From contig OZ037767.1 in NCBI GenBank assembly GCA_964035545.1, positions 15,814,998 through 15,878,997 of the forward strand: DNA of 64,000 nt, read 5' to 3'. Each line of letters begins with the position of its first letter. The stretch's first letter is position 1. Shown here one piece after another: positions 12,526 to 25,566 of this stretch. This DNA comes from Bugula neritina (lineage: Eukaryota > Animalia > Bryozoa). The position numbers and the translations under genes are program-made. The notes below the pieces were generated by a model. That model was not told the origin of the DNA. It saw only the letters and a program-made list of their open reading frames with translations, and searched no databases.

Positions 12526-15500
12526 TTATACTGGCTTACCTGGGAACTCGGTATTAATGTCCATACTCAACGTTCTTGGTAAGGTTGGAGCTGGTTGTGA
12601 GATACGTCTGCCTTTGGCGATGTCAGCATAAGAAAAGGCTGAGCATCGTTTCTGAGGCACGAGGTCGGAACTATTTGCTTTACGCGCATTAATTCCTCCC
12701 ACTATTCCGCCCTCGCAAAAGTTGATATTTGCGTGGGGTTCACAACTCCAACATTTTATCGTACGGTTTTCCCCTAGACTTTCATGTGTGCCGCTTTTAA
12801 CGCAGTCACATACGAAGTCTTTCAAGTATGCGGGGGGTTGCCTCGTACGCTGTCCCCTTTCTAGGGGGGGTGACACGCTTGCCGGTTCGTTAGTAGGGGC
12901 TTCAAATGGCGTCTCTACTTCACCGTTAGTGGTCACCTCTTCTTGTTCTCCGGATGGAGCCCCTCCCTCCGTGGGGGTTTGCACTTCCGGAACCGGCTCG
13001 GTTTCTGGAAGTGATGGAATTAGACTTGGCGGTGGCGGACACGCTTCTGTTGACAAAAGCTGCCGCTCCTCTCTCACCAAGTTTTCCTCCCGCGGTATGA
13101 CCACTTCGTATTCAGGTCCATGCCGCCGTCGCCCGCGCGTCGTTGTCTGCCTCCTGGGCTCTAACAACGGGGGGGGCTTTTCCCACTCCGCCGGGGCTAG
13201 CCCAATACGGTTTCAAGCGAGACTCATTCTGGATAGACACCTGTCCTGAGCGCTCGATCTTGTACGTATGATTGGGCATAGCCTCGACGACCACGTAGGG
13301 GCCTACGAACTTAGGCTTCAGCTTATCAGCCTGTCCGCGGCGCCTACGGTAATTGACCATCCACACCTTATCTCCTCTTTGATAGAGGGGTGGTTCATCG
13401 GAATCTTCGTGCCGCACCTTCCACTGCTGTTGACGCAGTATCTCGTGTGCGGCCTTCATCCGTTCCACTAGTTCACTGGCATACTCGTGGACTGAGTTAT
13501 CCTGCTCTGGAACGTGATAGGTGAGATGGTCAGGGACACGAGTCTCTCTCCCGAGCATCAAGAGGTTTGGGGTCTCACCAGTACTGGTGTGTGGGGTGCT
13601 ACGGTATGCACGCATGACTTGCGGCAACACCGTATCCCATTCCTCTTGACCTCGTCCAAGGAGGAGACTCCGGAGCGCATCACCTAGCATCCGGTTGTTG
13701 CGCTCCACCACCCCGTTACCTTGAGGGTGGTAGGGGGTGGTCCTGCTCTGATTTACTCCCCAGAGGTGGCAAAGGTCACTCATCAGTTGAGACTGGAATT
13801 GAGCGCCTTGATCAGAGTGTATCTGTTCGGGAAGCCCAAAATAACAGAATACATGTTGGTCTAGTGCCCTGGCCACTGTTGGGGCTGATGCATCTGGGAT
13901 AGCCAGAGCATCCGCCCACCTAGTAAAGTGGTCGGTTAGTACTAGGATCCAATTATTGCCTCTGGGGGTCAGGGGCATGGGTCCGACCAGGTCTACAGCG
14001 ACTACTTGCCAGGGCCTACCAGCATATAGCCTCCGCCGTCCTGCTTCACCAGGGGGGCGGCTATGCTTACTGGCCTGGCAGATCTCACACTGTTTGACTC
14101 TGAGCCGGACGTCACGCTCCATCTGCGGCCAATACCACCGGAGTCGTAATTTGGATATCACTCGCTTGACCCCTGCGTGGGCCTGCTTGTGAGTATCCCA
14201 AATCAACTCACGGCGGATGGCTGTGGGGCAGACTACCCTCTTCCTTTCCGGGTGTCTGCCGCTGGCAGCTAGAGAGATGGTTAGCAACCCATCCTGCCCG
14301 ATCCGCAGCGAGTCCCAACGCTGACAGTATAGCCGGAACTCGGCGCATCCCTGTCGTATGCGTTCCTCGCTGGGTCGTCGCCCTTCCCTTTTGGCCCGGT
14401 AGATGTCTGCCACGACTCCAGGCAGCTCTTCTTGGAGCTTCTTCAGCTCTCGAACATTACCGGCCAGTACAGGGTTGGCGCGGAGGTTTTGTACATCCTC
14501 CGGGGACTCATCAACTCTTTGCCTGAGTTGACCTTGATCCCAGTCAAACGGTGCTCCGTGATGAGCCAGCGTCTCCAACTCGCATCGTGGGGGACCTCCG
14601 TCCCTCCTCTCGATGTTGAGACACTGTTTGCAACCTCCGTCAGGTCGGCGACTCAACCCATCCGCATTGCTGTGTCTCTTGCCCGGTCGGTGTTCGATCC
14701 GGTACGAGAATTCAGCTAGGATTTCGAGCCACCGGGCGACCTGACTAGAGGGCTCTGCTCTCCTGCACAACCAGATCAGCGAGGCATGATCCGTACGCAG
14801 CCGGAACTTCCTGCCATATAGGTATGGTCTGAAGTGCTTCACTGACTTGATTACTGCCAGCAGCTCCTTGCGGGTAGTGCAGTAATTTCGTTCAGCGGGA
14901 GAGAGAGACTTGCTGTAGTAGGCTACTACTACTTCTCGGCCTTCCTGCACTTGTGACAGCACAGCGCCAACATTCTGGTCACTGGCGTCCGTGTCTAGGA
15001 TGTACTCCAGAGTGGGGTCTGGGTAGGCCAAGATGGGCGCCGTTAGGAGGCAGCCCTTGAGGCGGTCGAACGCTTCTTGTTCGACTAGAGTCCACTGCCA
15101 CGTCACTCCCTTTGCGGTAAGCCGGTTTAACGGCTGGGCTATGCCCGCAAAGTCTGGTATGTATTGCCTGTAATACCCTACCAGCCCCAAGAAAGCCCGG
15201 AGTCCGGTCAAGTATTGAGGGGTGACCCAGTCTTCTACTGCCCGTACCTTTTCGGGATCCGTTGCCACGCCGTTTCGACCGACAACGTGCCCCAGGTACT
15301 TGACCTCCGGCTGCAACAGAGCGCACTTGGAAGGTTTGAGCTTAAGACCGGCACCTCGGAGTCTCTCGAAAACCTCCTGCAGACGACTGACATGTGTCTC
15401 GAAGTCTGGAGAGATTACGATGACATCATCGAGGTAGACCAGCAGTGTCTTCCAATGGAGTCCGCTAAGGACTTGTTCCATCAGCCTCTGGAAGGTGGCT

Positions 15501-17148
15501 GGGGCGGAGGTTAACCCGAAGGGCAGCACCTTCCACTTCCACAAACCGTCCCGTGTAATAAACGCCGCTTTCTCTTGGGCGTCGGGACTCAGAGGAACCT
15601 GCCAATAGCCGCTTAGCAAGTCTAACGTACTGAAGTACTTGCTGCCGGCTAGGGCGTCCAATGACTCGTCAATACGAGGTAGAGGGTAGGCGTCCTGTAT
15701 GGTTACGCTATTGAGTTTGCGGTAGTCCACACAGAACCGCCAACTGCCGTCTTTCTTCCGGACCAGTACGACTGGCGAGCTCCACGCACTATGGGCGGGC
15801 TCTATCAGTCCCCGGTCCAGAAGATCCCGTACTTGTCGGCTAACCTCCTTCTCTTTCTCCGGCCCCAGCCTGCGCGTGGGCTGCCGGACAGGGACTGTCC
15901 CTGCAGTCAGCGGTATTTCGTGTCTGACAATTCTTGTCAGTCCCACGTCATTCTCCCCGCTGCTGAACACATCACCGTAGTCGCGTAGTAACTTGGCCAT
16001 AGCTTGGCGTTCTCTGTTACTCGCGCAGCCGCCACTGGCTGTTTCGTATAACTCCCGGAGATGTGTCGGGACTGCCCCTCGTCCCTGAATAGGGTGTCGA
16101 GGGGGTGCCTCCGTCGCGTCACCCAGCGACGGGCCCACGTCCTCTTCCTGGACGGAATGGAACCGGCCCAGCATTGACCCAGCCGGGAGCTCAATGGGCT
16201 CCGTAAAGGGGTTGACGCACTGCACTAAGACCTCCCCTCGCTCAGTTAGTCGGTTTAAACTACTGGCGAGTTGGATCTTTTCGTGCGCGCTTTCAACGAC
16301 CCCGAGCCTGGCTATCCGGTTGCTGTTCACTCGGCAGTGGATAGTAGCTCTGGAGCGTCCGGGTACGGTGCAGTTCCGAACTACCTGAACACCGCCCACC
16401 AGAGGACGCCCAAACTTATCCACACAGGCGAGTTCTCGCCCGCCCATCAGCACCACCGACTTACTAAAATCTATTCGGCACTGGTGTTGCTTCAAGAAGG
16501 GCATGCCGAGGATAGCATCTTCCTCCAGTTGACCTATGATAAAGGTCTCCTGTACAGCCTGATCTCGGACACGCCCAGGGAGCTCGATAATACCATAAAA
16601 GGGGATACATGACCCGTCTGCCAGGGTGCCATGTTCTCCAGTATACGGTCGTACTCAATCCCTGTCCCGGCGGGGCAGTGCCTCAAAGACTCTACGGCTG
16701 AGAAGGTTGGTAGTACAACCGGAGTCGAGCAGGAAAGTGACGGCGTTGCCGGCCACCTTTCCGGGTAGGAAATAGCTCTCTCCATGTGGTTGTACTTTCA
16801 CCCCCCCCCCGCATGTGCTGTCCTGGTTTGACAGGACGGCGGGGGTTTCACCCGTGGTTTACGGGGCTTCCGGCGGCGAGGTTGGTGCCGGCGGGGTCTG
16901 GGCCTCTCCACTGGGCCTTCTGGCTCCATTTCAGTGGCGGGCTCCTCCTCCCGAGGTAACCGGTGAAACCGGTTAGCGAGTGGCAGGGAAAAGGTACTGG
17001 GCCGTTGTGCGGGCCTACTAGTCCTGCGTGGTACCTGCCACTCGGGTAGAATGTTCCGCCGTGTCCGTACGGACAGACGACGGCGTGTTCCACCATACTC
17101 CTTTAGTTGCGGCCCGCGGGGAGGGAGAGTGTCCGCGGGCCGTGACAG
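12526..17148 (-). pseudogene. pol: E1 pol (PR-RT-RNaseH-integrase), interrupted
   Basis: ORF 13112-16504 has YLDD, DASD, HHCC, DDE and GPY/F motifs. TGA in the protease at 16655-16657, G10 frame break at 16801-16810, extra G at ~13169-13176 separating the tail ORF 12526-13167. Confidence 0.93.
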
Positions 17149-17973
17149 TTTAACGCCCCCTGGTATTGGGGTCGTCCTTTCTGTCCCTGGTCCTGATCAG
17201 CGCTACTCCAGCCTTGCCCCACAGGTGTTGGGGGCATCCGCAAGGCCTGACCGGGGCCAGCACCGGCCAGAATGGTTACCAATTGTCCCAGCATCTCTAC
17301 CATCTCTACGGTCCACTTCGGCTTCCAGTGAGAGGGCTTCGGAGCCTGTCGTAGCCCGAGCAGCGCTGACTCCAACTACTGGTGGGTTCCGTTGTGCTCG
17401 ATGCATTTGGGTAGCCAACAGGTAAGCTTCTCCAGCCTTCAGGGCATCCTCTATTCTGGTTATCCCTTTAGCTCGTAGGTGATGGTCTAGGCCCAGGTCG
17501 TTTAGGGACTGGACAAAGGCGTCATAGGTGTAACGCTCTTGGTGTTGTGCTGGCAGATCGCTATATGCAATATGCGCCAGCTTCTTCACCGTCGCGGCAT
17601 GTTCTTGCAGCGAGGTCCGCGGGGTGCGGCACAATCTCTTCAGCTTGGTCCTAGCGTCTATGACGGAGGTGCCAAAACGGGCCCGCAGCGCAGCCAGTAT
17701 GCCGTCTACGTCCGTTCCCACTCCGTACGGCTTGGCTTGCTCCGTCACCGCTCTCCGCAATTGAATGAGGGCCACTCTATGCGGCCATTGAGCAACTTCC
17801 ATTACCTCTCTAAATTCTTGTATAAATTGTTCGACATCTTCCGACCCAGTAAAGGTGGGAGCTTTCAAGCAATGTCTATAAGCTTCTTCTCCTTCATGAT
17901 TCACAGGATTAACAGCATTTCTACGCTCACCTTCTACTGGGGGTGGTTGCATTCTAGCGTTTTCAGTCTCCAT
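17103..17973 (-). pseudogene. gag: E1 gag, frameshifted near the C-terminus
   Basis: LKAPTFTGSEDVEQFIQEF gag N-terminus; duplicated catctctac at ~17292-17309 (+4 nt vs E3) splits it into ORFs 17203-17973 and 17103-17375. Confidence 0.9.
17110..17154 (-). promoter_or_regulatory. -1 ribosomal frameshift signal (G_UUA_AAC + 10-bp GC stem)
   Basis: Minus strand GTTAAAC TGTCA CGGCCCGCGG-loop-CCGCGGGCCG; the -1 frame is homologous to the E2 pol N-terminus. Confidence 0.8.
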
Positions 17974-17987
17974 CTTTGATATACACT

Positions 17988-18005
17988 ATCCCACCGCTGC
18001 CACCA
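17988..18005 (-). promoter_or_regulatory. E1 primer binding site, tRNA-Leu
   Basis: TGGTGGCAGCGGTGGGAT, complementary to the tRNA-Leu 3' end ATCCCACCGCTGCCACCA, 1 nt inside the 5' LTR. Confidence 0.9.
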
Positions 18006-18006
18006 C

Positions 18007-18311
18007 TGTTATAGTTTTCAGATTTAGGGTTGATGTGCCACCAAGAGAGTCTATTTAACACTAGAGAAACTTCACCAGTTAAGTCGAGTAGATATCGTTA
18101 TATTTAATACAAGAATACATAATAAAAATCCAATGTACAACAGTAATGATACGCACGTCTATTTAGTTTACAGCACTATCCTCAACTGAGCTAGTAGCGC
18201 GAAGCGGCTACTATTACTAATAAAACAGCTTAGCTAATTGGCTAATACATTGTTCCGGGTCAATACACAACCTCGCGTATTGTGTTGCTGGTAGCTCCAC
18301 GAGCCACCACA
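18007..18311 (-). repeat. E1 5' LTR
   Basis: 305-bp direct repeat, followed on the minus strand by the PBS. Confidence 0.97.
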
Positions 18312-18315
18312 ATAT

Positions 18316-18777
18316 CTAGTCATTAATTTCTTGCAATAAATCTATTTCACTATTGAGAAGAACAAAATTAGCTAGTAAACACTGTAATAGAGTCAAGGCA
18401 CTTTGGCAGTGCTAGTTTAAAATAAACCTGGGATAGTCGAATAGCAGAAGTACTTTTTGATGCATAATATAATTATGTACAGCTTAAGATTTTGCAATAC
18501 TGTGTTTTCAGTGCGATATTAATTTCAATAGCTACATTAAAATAATGTACAATTCTAGCAAGTGATGCAAAATCTTCTAAAATGCTATGACTGTAGCAGT
18601 TTGCTACTAGTCTCAAGTAACAAACCAAATAGCCTTTCTTTGTGCCATCATCCAAATGCCAAACAAATAACTCATTCACTCTGTAACAACAAGGTGGTCT
18701 CCCAAGTAGATTGTTAGACATTTCAGGCATTAATAACCAAAAGCTTTTCACTTTGGCATAATTGTATAGTTACCCAG
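18316..18777 (-). pseudogene. Decayed last exon of WSC paralog C, interrupted by E1
   Basis: Acceptor tatttatttag|18777; residual peptide CYSHSILEDFASLARIVHYF resembles gene B CLHTQNSLSFASISHIFYAHF; stops and frameshifts. Confidence 0.4.
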
Positions 18778-21700
18778 CTAAATAAATAATGTATTCATGG
18801 TATTGTAATTCCAAGCCATGCATTTATCTGTGAATGCAGCTAAGTATTTAATACGGCCATATATTTATGTACTATGTAGCAATGCCTAATGTAGCTGTCA
18901 AGCTTCTACTTATACTCATTTTACTGATGCTTTACTTCTGATTACATGATTACAAACATAGCAGTTCAAACAAAACTATTTTAGATAGGAATAAAAATAA
19001 TGCTCCTAGCAAATGTTGTAAAACTATTTTCCAAAAACATAAACTTTGCAAAAAAACTTTTCAGAAAGTTATAATGCATTTATCATATTATTGTTTCATT
19101 TAAAAGTTATAATGATAGAATATTATACTTGAAACACACTCAAATTTTTAGATTCTTGTAATATTGTTAAGCAAGAGTTAACAGTAAGATTGGCTGTAGA
19201 GTAGAATGTTTAGCTGTTTGTACTGAAGCTAACAAGTAACTGGCATTAAAAAGAGATGTAGATAAAAAGTGACAGAATAACAACTGGCTTGTATATTGGT
19301 AGTGCAAAAAGCTGTATATAACAGTTTAAACAAATACCCATTAGAATAAATGGTAACCCAGTACTTAAAATGTGGTATGTCATAATACATATTTGTGGTG
19401 TATTGACTAGGCTAGATCAACACATAGCACTACATAATTGCTTTAGTATTTACAATTAGTTTGTGGTCTGGTGGGATTTGTTGATAGCCATTGTCTTTAT
19501 TAACATAACAGTTTCATAAAATTAGCAGTTTTCCTTATTCACCTAGTTAATTTTTAAGATTTATGTACAATATTTACATATTAGGATATAAAAATATCTT
19601 CAACCAGTGAATATCAAAATAATGATTAAAGACATATTTTACGTCATATTTTTGTGGCAATCTAAATAATAAGCTGGTCTAAATTGTACTTGTGCAAACA
19701 GAACCAGCTCATGAATATATGTTGTCTTTTTTTAACTTGACAGTTAATCTAATATGGATGTGTATTTTATACTTGCTTTTGTGTTTAAGGTGATAAAATT
19801 GCACTGCAGGTAGAGTTGAAATTAAACATGATCTATTCATTGCTAAAGTATTACAGCTATGAATAATATATATGTGATTACCTGAGTGATATCACAATCT
19901 TCACTTGCTAAGTCAGTTTAAATACAGGAAAAAAAAATTAATCTGGGGAAAGATTATATATGAGAAGCTGTTTTTGTAATAATTTCCTGCTCTAGGGTGA
20001 TTTAGAAGAATTGTTTTAATGCAAAACTTTTGCATACATGAGTTGAATAAAATCATTGAGAGTTTTATGAAGGTCTATTTGTGTATAGGTAGCCCTAATG
20101 CATGTCACAACTCAAGTTTTTAGATTTTATGTAATTTGTGGTGCAAAGTTGCAAATAAAAACCTTATTTTAATAATACTTAGACATATGCAAGTAATAAA
20201 GATAATGAAAAAAATGCTATAGTTGCTAATTAGCTAATATTACTTGCATATGATGCAAATATTTGTATGCATGCATGTTTAGTTTATTAGCATTGGTTAG
20301 ATATAATTGAATATATAGATTTGATGTGGAAATTGAAGAAAATCAATATGTTGTGTTCTATATACAACAACAGTTTTTACATTGGTTTGTTAATTACTTC
20401 ATAAATCATTTATTACTTCATGCAATATTTGTTCCTGCAACTTTGCAGAGTGGCAAAATGCATTTCAAAGACATATATTAAGTGATTTTAATTATACTAG
20501 AATTTTCAAACCAAGAATTTTTGGGGAGTTTTCTTCTTCCTCAGACATATGTGGCAATTGAACACATAATAAGTTGTAGGCCACAACTCCTTTATACAAC
20601 CTTGCAAGAAATTATGCAGCCATTTAAATAGAAAAGGAATTATTGAATTTATTTATTCAACATTATTAGTATTTTATAAATATTTGTTGCATTTAATTAA
20701 TGAGCATAAAATTTGTTTTACAAATACTGTAATTAACAGCATGGTAAAATATATTATATATACTGGTATATATTTTGTATTGTATTAGATTTAGGCTACA
20801 TTGCTAATTAAAATGAGTTAATGGCTAAGTTTAAATATCTTCGACTTATAGATAACATTTTTATGTGCTATAAAAATTTAACTCGTTTGTTACGGCATTT
20901 CTCCATGCATAAAAGCAAAACTTACTGCAAGAAATCCTTAGCTAGAAAGATAAATAATAATTTACTCTAATTACATCAAAAGCTAATATCAGCAAGCATT
21001 CTATAAATAATGGGAATTTACCTAGCGTAGTTTTTCTTAAACTAGCTAAGCTTGCTTGGTACTTTAATAAGTTTATTGGCATAGTGTATTATTTTATACT
21101 TATATATTTTTAAGACTTTAAGGAAAATGATGTTTTAGCTGCGTTATTCCTAATGCAAGCCTTATAAATTTACAATATATACTAAAATATTATATTTGTA
21201 ATTAGAAAGAAAGCAAATTACTTTCATAAACTTATAATTATCGCATTCTGTTATTGTTAATGCTTGAATAACAAATTGAACACGGCATATGCTTCCCTAA
21301 CCAGATGCTTTTAAACGGATTAAAAATAATTTGTCAATTTCTAATTATGAGGAACAAACTCCTCGGTAGTTTCTACATTTGCGCATGACTTTATCAAGAT
21401 AGGCTTGCTTTTGTGTCAACCTGTAGCCAGTGCAACTATACTTTATGTAACGAGTAAAACAGACTCATTTCAAAGTACACAGTCTAAAGGGTAGGAATTA
21501 CTACAGAGAAAAGTGCCGGTTAAAAGTTAATTATAATTGGAAATAAGGTGAAATATCAGTCAGAAATTAAAAAGTGTCAACTAAAAAGGTGTATTGTTAT
21601 TTCTTTTTGGCTTAATGAAAATGTTTTTTGAGGAAGAAGTACGAGAAACATTTAGGAGGGGTTCATATCCACCACTGGCGACTACCTGTTTATTGATGAA

Positions 21701-22304
21701 GAACTATCCAATGATAGTACAGTATTATGGTCTTTTGCCTTATAATTGGCTTTGATTTTTTTATGTCTAATTACGAGATACTAAACAGATGCAAAGTATG
21801 TTGTGCATAGGCAGTTTTTTTATGTCTCTAAACAACATTCTAGGAAAATATATACTGTGATTTCCAGTCAGAAATTCAATTTGGCAGCATTGAAATTTAT
21901 CCAATAAGTTGCATTGCATTATTAAAGTCACTCGTAAAAATTATTGTACTGTGATAACTTAATCGGCCGAGTTCAAAATAACAATCAAAAGGACTAATAA
22001 CTCTTTGTAAACATCATTATTTAGTTATGACTTGAGCGACTGTAGATGACATTCCAGTAGGTTTATAATTATATTGTCAACGCTTTCTCAATTATCCCTT
22101 TTATGCTGTCAGCTTTATTAATTCAGGATGTTTTCAAAAGTAGTTAAATAGCAACTTTTTTCTATAATATTATAGTAACATTCTCTGATTCTCTGATGAC
22201 AAGTCTATGATCTGAACTGCGAAATTTTATGGTTACACAGTTTGTGAATTAAAATTGCATGGCAGAAACAAATATATAACAACTTTTAGAATATATGCTT
22301 GCCC

Positions 22305-22610
22305 ATTATTACTGGTCTTATATAATTATTACTGATCTTATAAATCGGGACCTATTAAACTCCTCCTTTGTAACTAGTCCTATATAATACCGGTCTTCTT
22401 AAAATAAGCTGGTCCAATAATACTGATCCTATAATATACTGACCCTATATTACCTACAATAGGCCTATAGTAAGCTGGTCCTATATAATATAATAAAATG
22501 GGCCTATATAATACTAGTCCTACAGTGTTGGTGCTACAATACTGGTCTTATAATAAGCTGGTCCAATAGTATTGGTTCTATTAAAATGGCTCCATAACAT
22601 TGGTCCTATC
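22305..22610. repeat. Degenerate minisatellite, ~15-17-bp unit (ataatactggtcct)
   Basis: Recurring tactggtcct/tactgatcct/agctggtcc units. Confidence 0.75.
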
Positions 22611-22743
22611 ATTCAAAATATATTTATAAAAATAATGTTTATATATTATATATAGCTGAACAATCAGTATATCATAGTTTATTATACATAGAAACAATCA
22701 CAATTAATTTGAAGGACAACTGTTTATAAACCAATCACATTAC

Positions 22744-22908
22744 CTGGGAAAGTCTTGTAAATACTGTTCCTCCATGTTCCACCACACATTTGACTACTGT
22801 TCCCTCTGCATGCTCTACGACACTCAGTTTCCCCTACTTCACCATATTTGCTGTATTCAACACCACAGTAACACTGGTCAGTAGATTGTACTCCTGCATA
22901 TGGCTGCC
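22744..22908 (-). CDS. WSC-domain gene C, coding exon 3 (second half of WSC)
   Basis: tttcag| QPYAGVQSTDQCYCG...CRRACRGNSSQMCGGTWRNSIY |gtaa; 165 nt, phase 1-1 like paralog A. Confidence 0.85.
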
Positions 22909-23172
22909 CTGAAATTAGTAATTTGCTAATTGATCTTTATAAATATAACAACACGATAAATCACAAAACACAATTTTTTTGTAGTTCAGCTACAATTGGC
23001 AGATTCAAGCTTATATTCCTTTGTCGTGTTAAAATGGAAGAATACTGAAATCGATGAAAATTAAAAATAAACGTTTTCAAAGAATCAACATAATTATCGG
23101 GTATAGTAGGTTCTTACACAATATTTTTGGTATACTGCAGTTATTTTTGAAAACAGTTATAAAAATATTCAC

Positions 23173-23325
23173 TTCGTATAGTGCAGTAGCCAATACAAAG
23201 CTCTACGGTCATCAAACGAGTTGAAAATGCTATGGGTAACGCTCTGTTCCTAGAGTCCTTGTAACAACCAATCAGCTGGTTGAGAGTGTACACCAGATGC
23301 CAACACAGCCAGAGTTGCAGAAGCA
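23173..23325 (-). CDS. WSC-domain gene C, coding exon 2 (signal peptide end + first half of WSC)
   Basis: tttaag| LLQLWLCWHLVYTLNQLIGCYKDSRNRALP..MTVELCIGYC |gtga. Confidence 0.85.
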
Positions 23326-23626
23326 CTTAAATTATACAACTAAATTAGTCAATGTTTTGTAAAAAAAAGTTTGAACTAACGGACGCAAGTATTTAAAAAA
23401 AAATATAATTTAGAATTAAAAGTTTTGAATAGATAAAATTAAAGCAAAATATAAAAACATAAAATATTCACATTGTAAGTTAAAACATAATTTTTTAGTT
23501 TAGATATAAAAAGCAGATATAATAAACTACATTGCAATAATTGACAGTTTGAATTTTTTTAAGCTAATGAACATGTTTTTCATATTTCAAATCTTACGAA
23601 GCCAACTGAAGCAAAGCATATCTTAC

Positions 23627-23651
23627 CAAGCCTTAGCTGGCAATATTTCAT
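23627..23651 (-). CDS. WSC-domain gene C, putative first coding micro-exon
   Basis: ATG AAA TAT TGC CAG CTA AGG CTT G|gtaaga joins in phase to give signal-peptide-like MKYCQLRLVLLQLWLCW. Confidence 0.6.
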
Positions 23652-25245
23652 TATTACTATGTCTAGCCAATTCAACTTTTAATCATGCAGTTAATTGGCT
23701 TTGAGTTTGTAATAACTTTTATTTCTAGATTAGAGATTTATTTTGGAATGCAAAATACTTTAATTAGTTTGCACATATGTAAGATACACAACTTGGTTTG
23801 CCTGTGAAATTGTAACACTACTCCAACCTTATCCTAAAAGGCCTAGACTATATATTTATTCTATGAATTTATTTTCAAATATAAGGATACAACTTGTTTG
23901 GAAAAATAGATCATAATATTGTTAATGAATCGCAAAGTAAACGGGGAAATCTAATTGATTACAAAATGCAAACATCCCACATCCTATATATATACTGCAC
24001 ACTTAAAGCCGCACAATTATGAATTGTATAAGTAGTTTTAATTTTACTTTAGGTAATATTTTAAACAATTTTTTGTAGCAAAATAATTTCTTATAGACAT
24101 TTTCTTAAATTAATTTTCGTCGACATGTGTTATAATGAATGATATATTTTGATGTTTTTAATCATATGTTACTTTAGGTAACATTTTAACAACTCATATA
24201 CTAGTATTTGTTTATAGATCTGTCTATAATTTAGAATGAATCGGTATAAATTGTGCTACATTGTATGGGTATGCTGCTTTAAGATGGCAATCTTATATTT
24301 TTGCTATAGTTGGTGCTAATTATAAGCATAACATATTATTATGATTATCGATATATTTATTATTATAATGGTGTTGTAACATTGACATATATAAAATAAT
24401 ATAAATATTGACTATTTACATCATTTTAGATTAATGTTGAAACAAAGATTATACGTAAAGATATTACTTTTATAGTTGTTTTTCATTAATTGGTGTATCT
24501 ATTATGACAACATGCATTGAAATTATTCGCCCACTCTCAGTTACACAACAACTCTATCATAACATCAAGAGAATCACAATGAAACAAGATACCAACATTT
24601 TATCATCTATTAACATGAAATATTTGACAAAGTTAAACATTATCAGACATATTCAAATGTTTACTGTCACCATTAGCATGAATATAGATTTTTCATACTT
24701 TTTATGACACTAATAGCATGAATTATCTTTGTATTCTGTTTATTTATTATAAATAATACATTAACTTTACCAGTTTTCTATATTCGACGATCTTGCTCTT
24801 ATAACACACTTTATGTTACTTGATAATTGCAAAGTAAATATTATAAGGGTATCTCTTAAGTTGCCGGCACTTTAAACTGTAAGAACAAAATTTTCAACAT
24901 GAGAATAATGAGGAAAAATCTATAAATGAAATTTTTTGTTATATATGACGGCATTGTTATAGGCTCTTTCAATAAGTTCACTTCGTAGATGCTACAACAG
25001 TAAGTTACTAACAAACTTTATTAATTTTATAGTGAAATATCATTTTCTTAAATTACATAATTCGAACAGTTTTAGTTTCTATGTGGTATATAGCTGATTA
25101 AAGCACTACATAGAGCTGAGAAGCTCTGAACTTTAGTGAAATTAGTATTTCATTGTCAGAAGTGGCTGGTGCGTGTATATGACTGTACTGTACTGTACTG
25201 ACTGTACTGTATTCCGTGTGTGCATATAACTCTTGAAAAGACTCT

Positions 25246-25251
<6 letters not shown>

Positions 25252-25298
<47 letters not shown>

Positions 25299-25304
25299 TA
25301 TATA
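25252..25304. repeat. (TA)n microsatellite just upstream of the gene A start
   Basis: Run of TA dinucleotides. Confidence 0.95.
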
Positions 25305-25341
25305 TTGAAGTAAACAAAGAACTTGTTATATCAGAGTAGAG

Positions 25342-25504
25342 ATGAAGAATATTCTAGAAATATACGCTCTGATTCTGCTGATACAAGTGACTACTTCAGA
25401 ATACATGGGATGTTATAAAGATAAAGGAGAGAGAGCATTGCCTTTAGTCACTAAAGTTACTAATATGACAGTAGACTTCTGTATAGGCTACTGCATCTAT
25501 AGAG
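25342..25504 (+). CDS. Gene A exon 1: signal peptide + first half of WSC domain
   Basis: MKNILEIYALILLIQVTTSEYMGCYKD..RALP..MTVDFCIGYC; G|gtaaag phase-1 donor. Confidence 0.88.
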
Positions 25505-25566
25505 GTAAAGAGAATACGACGTAAATCTGTTTTTCTATTTAATATATTTTACCGTTATTATATAAA

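Larger units (their letters stand above)
10866..18311 (-). mobile_element. Full-length Ty3/Gypsy LTR retrotransposon E1 (family 1) with extra ORF3; gag and pol carry lesions
   Basis: Two 305-bp TG..CA LTRs (1 mismatch seen), ATAT TSD (10862-10865 / 18312-18315), PBS, PPT, order gag-PR-RT-RH-IN. Confidence 0.97.

Noticed and set aside
12093-17979. Many short plus-strand and alternate-frame ORFs repeated in E1/E2/E3
   Set aside because: Shadow ORFs of GC-rich gag/pol; recurrence reflects copy identity, not selection
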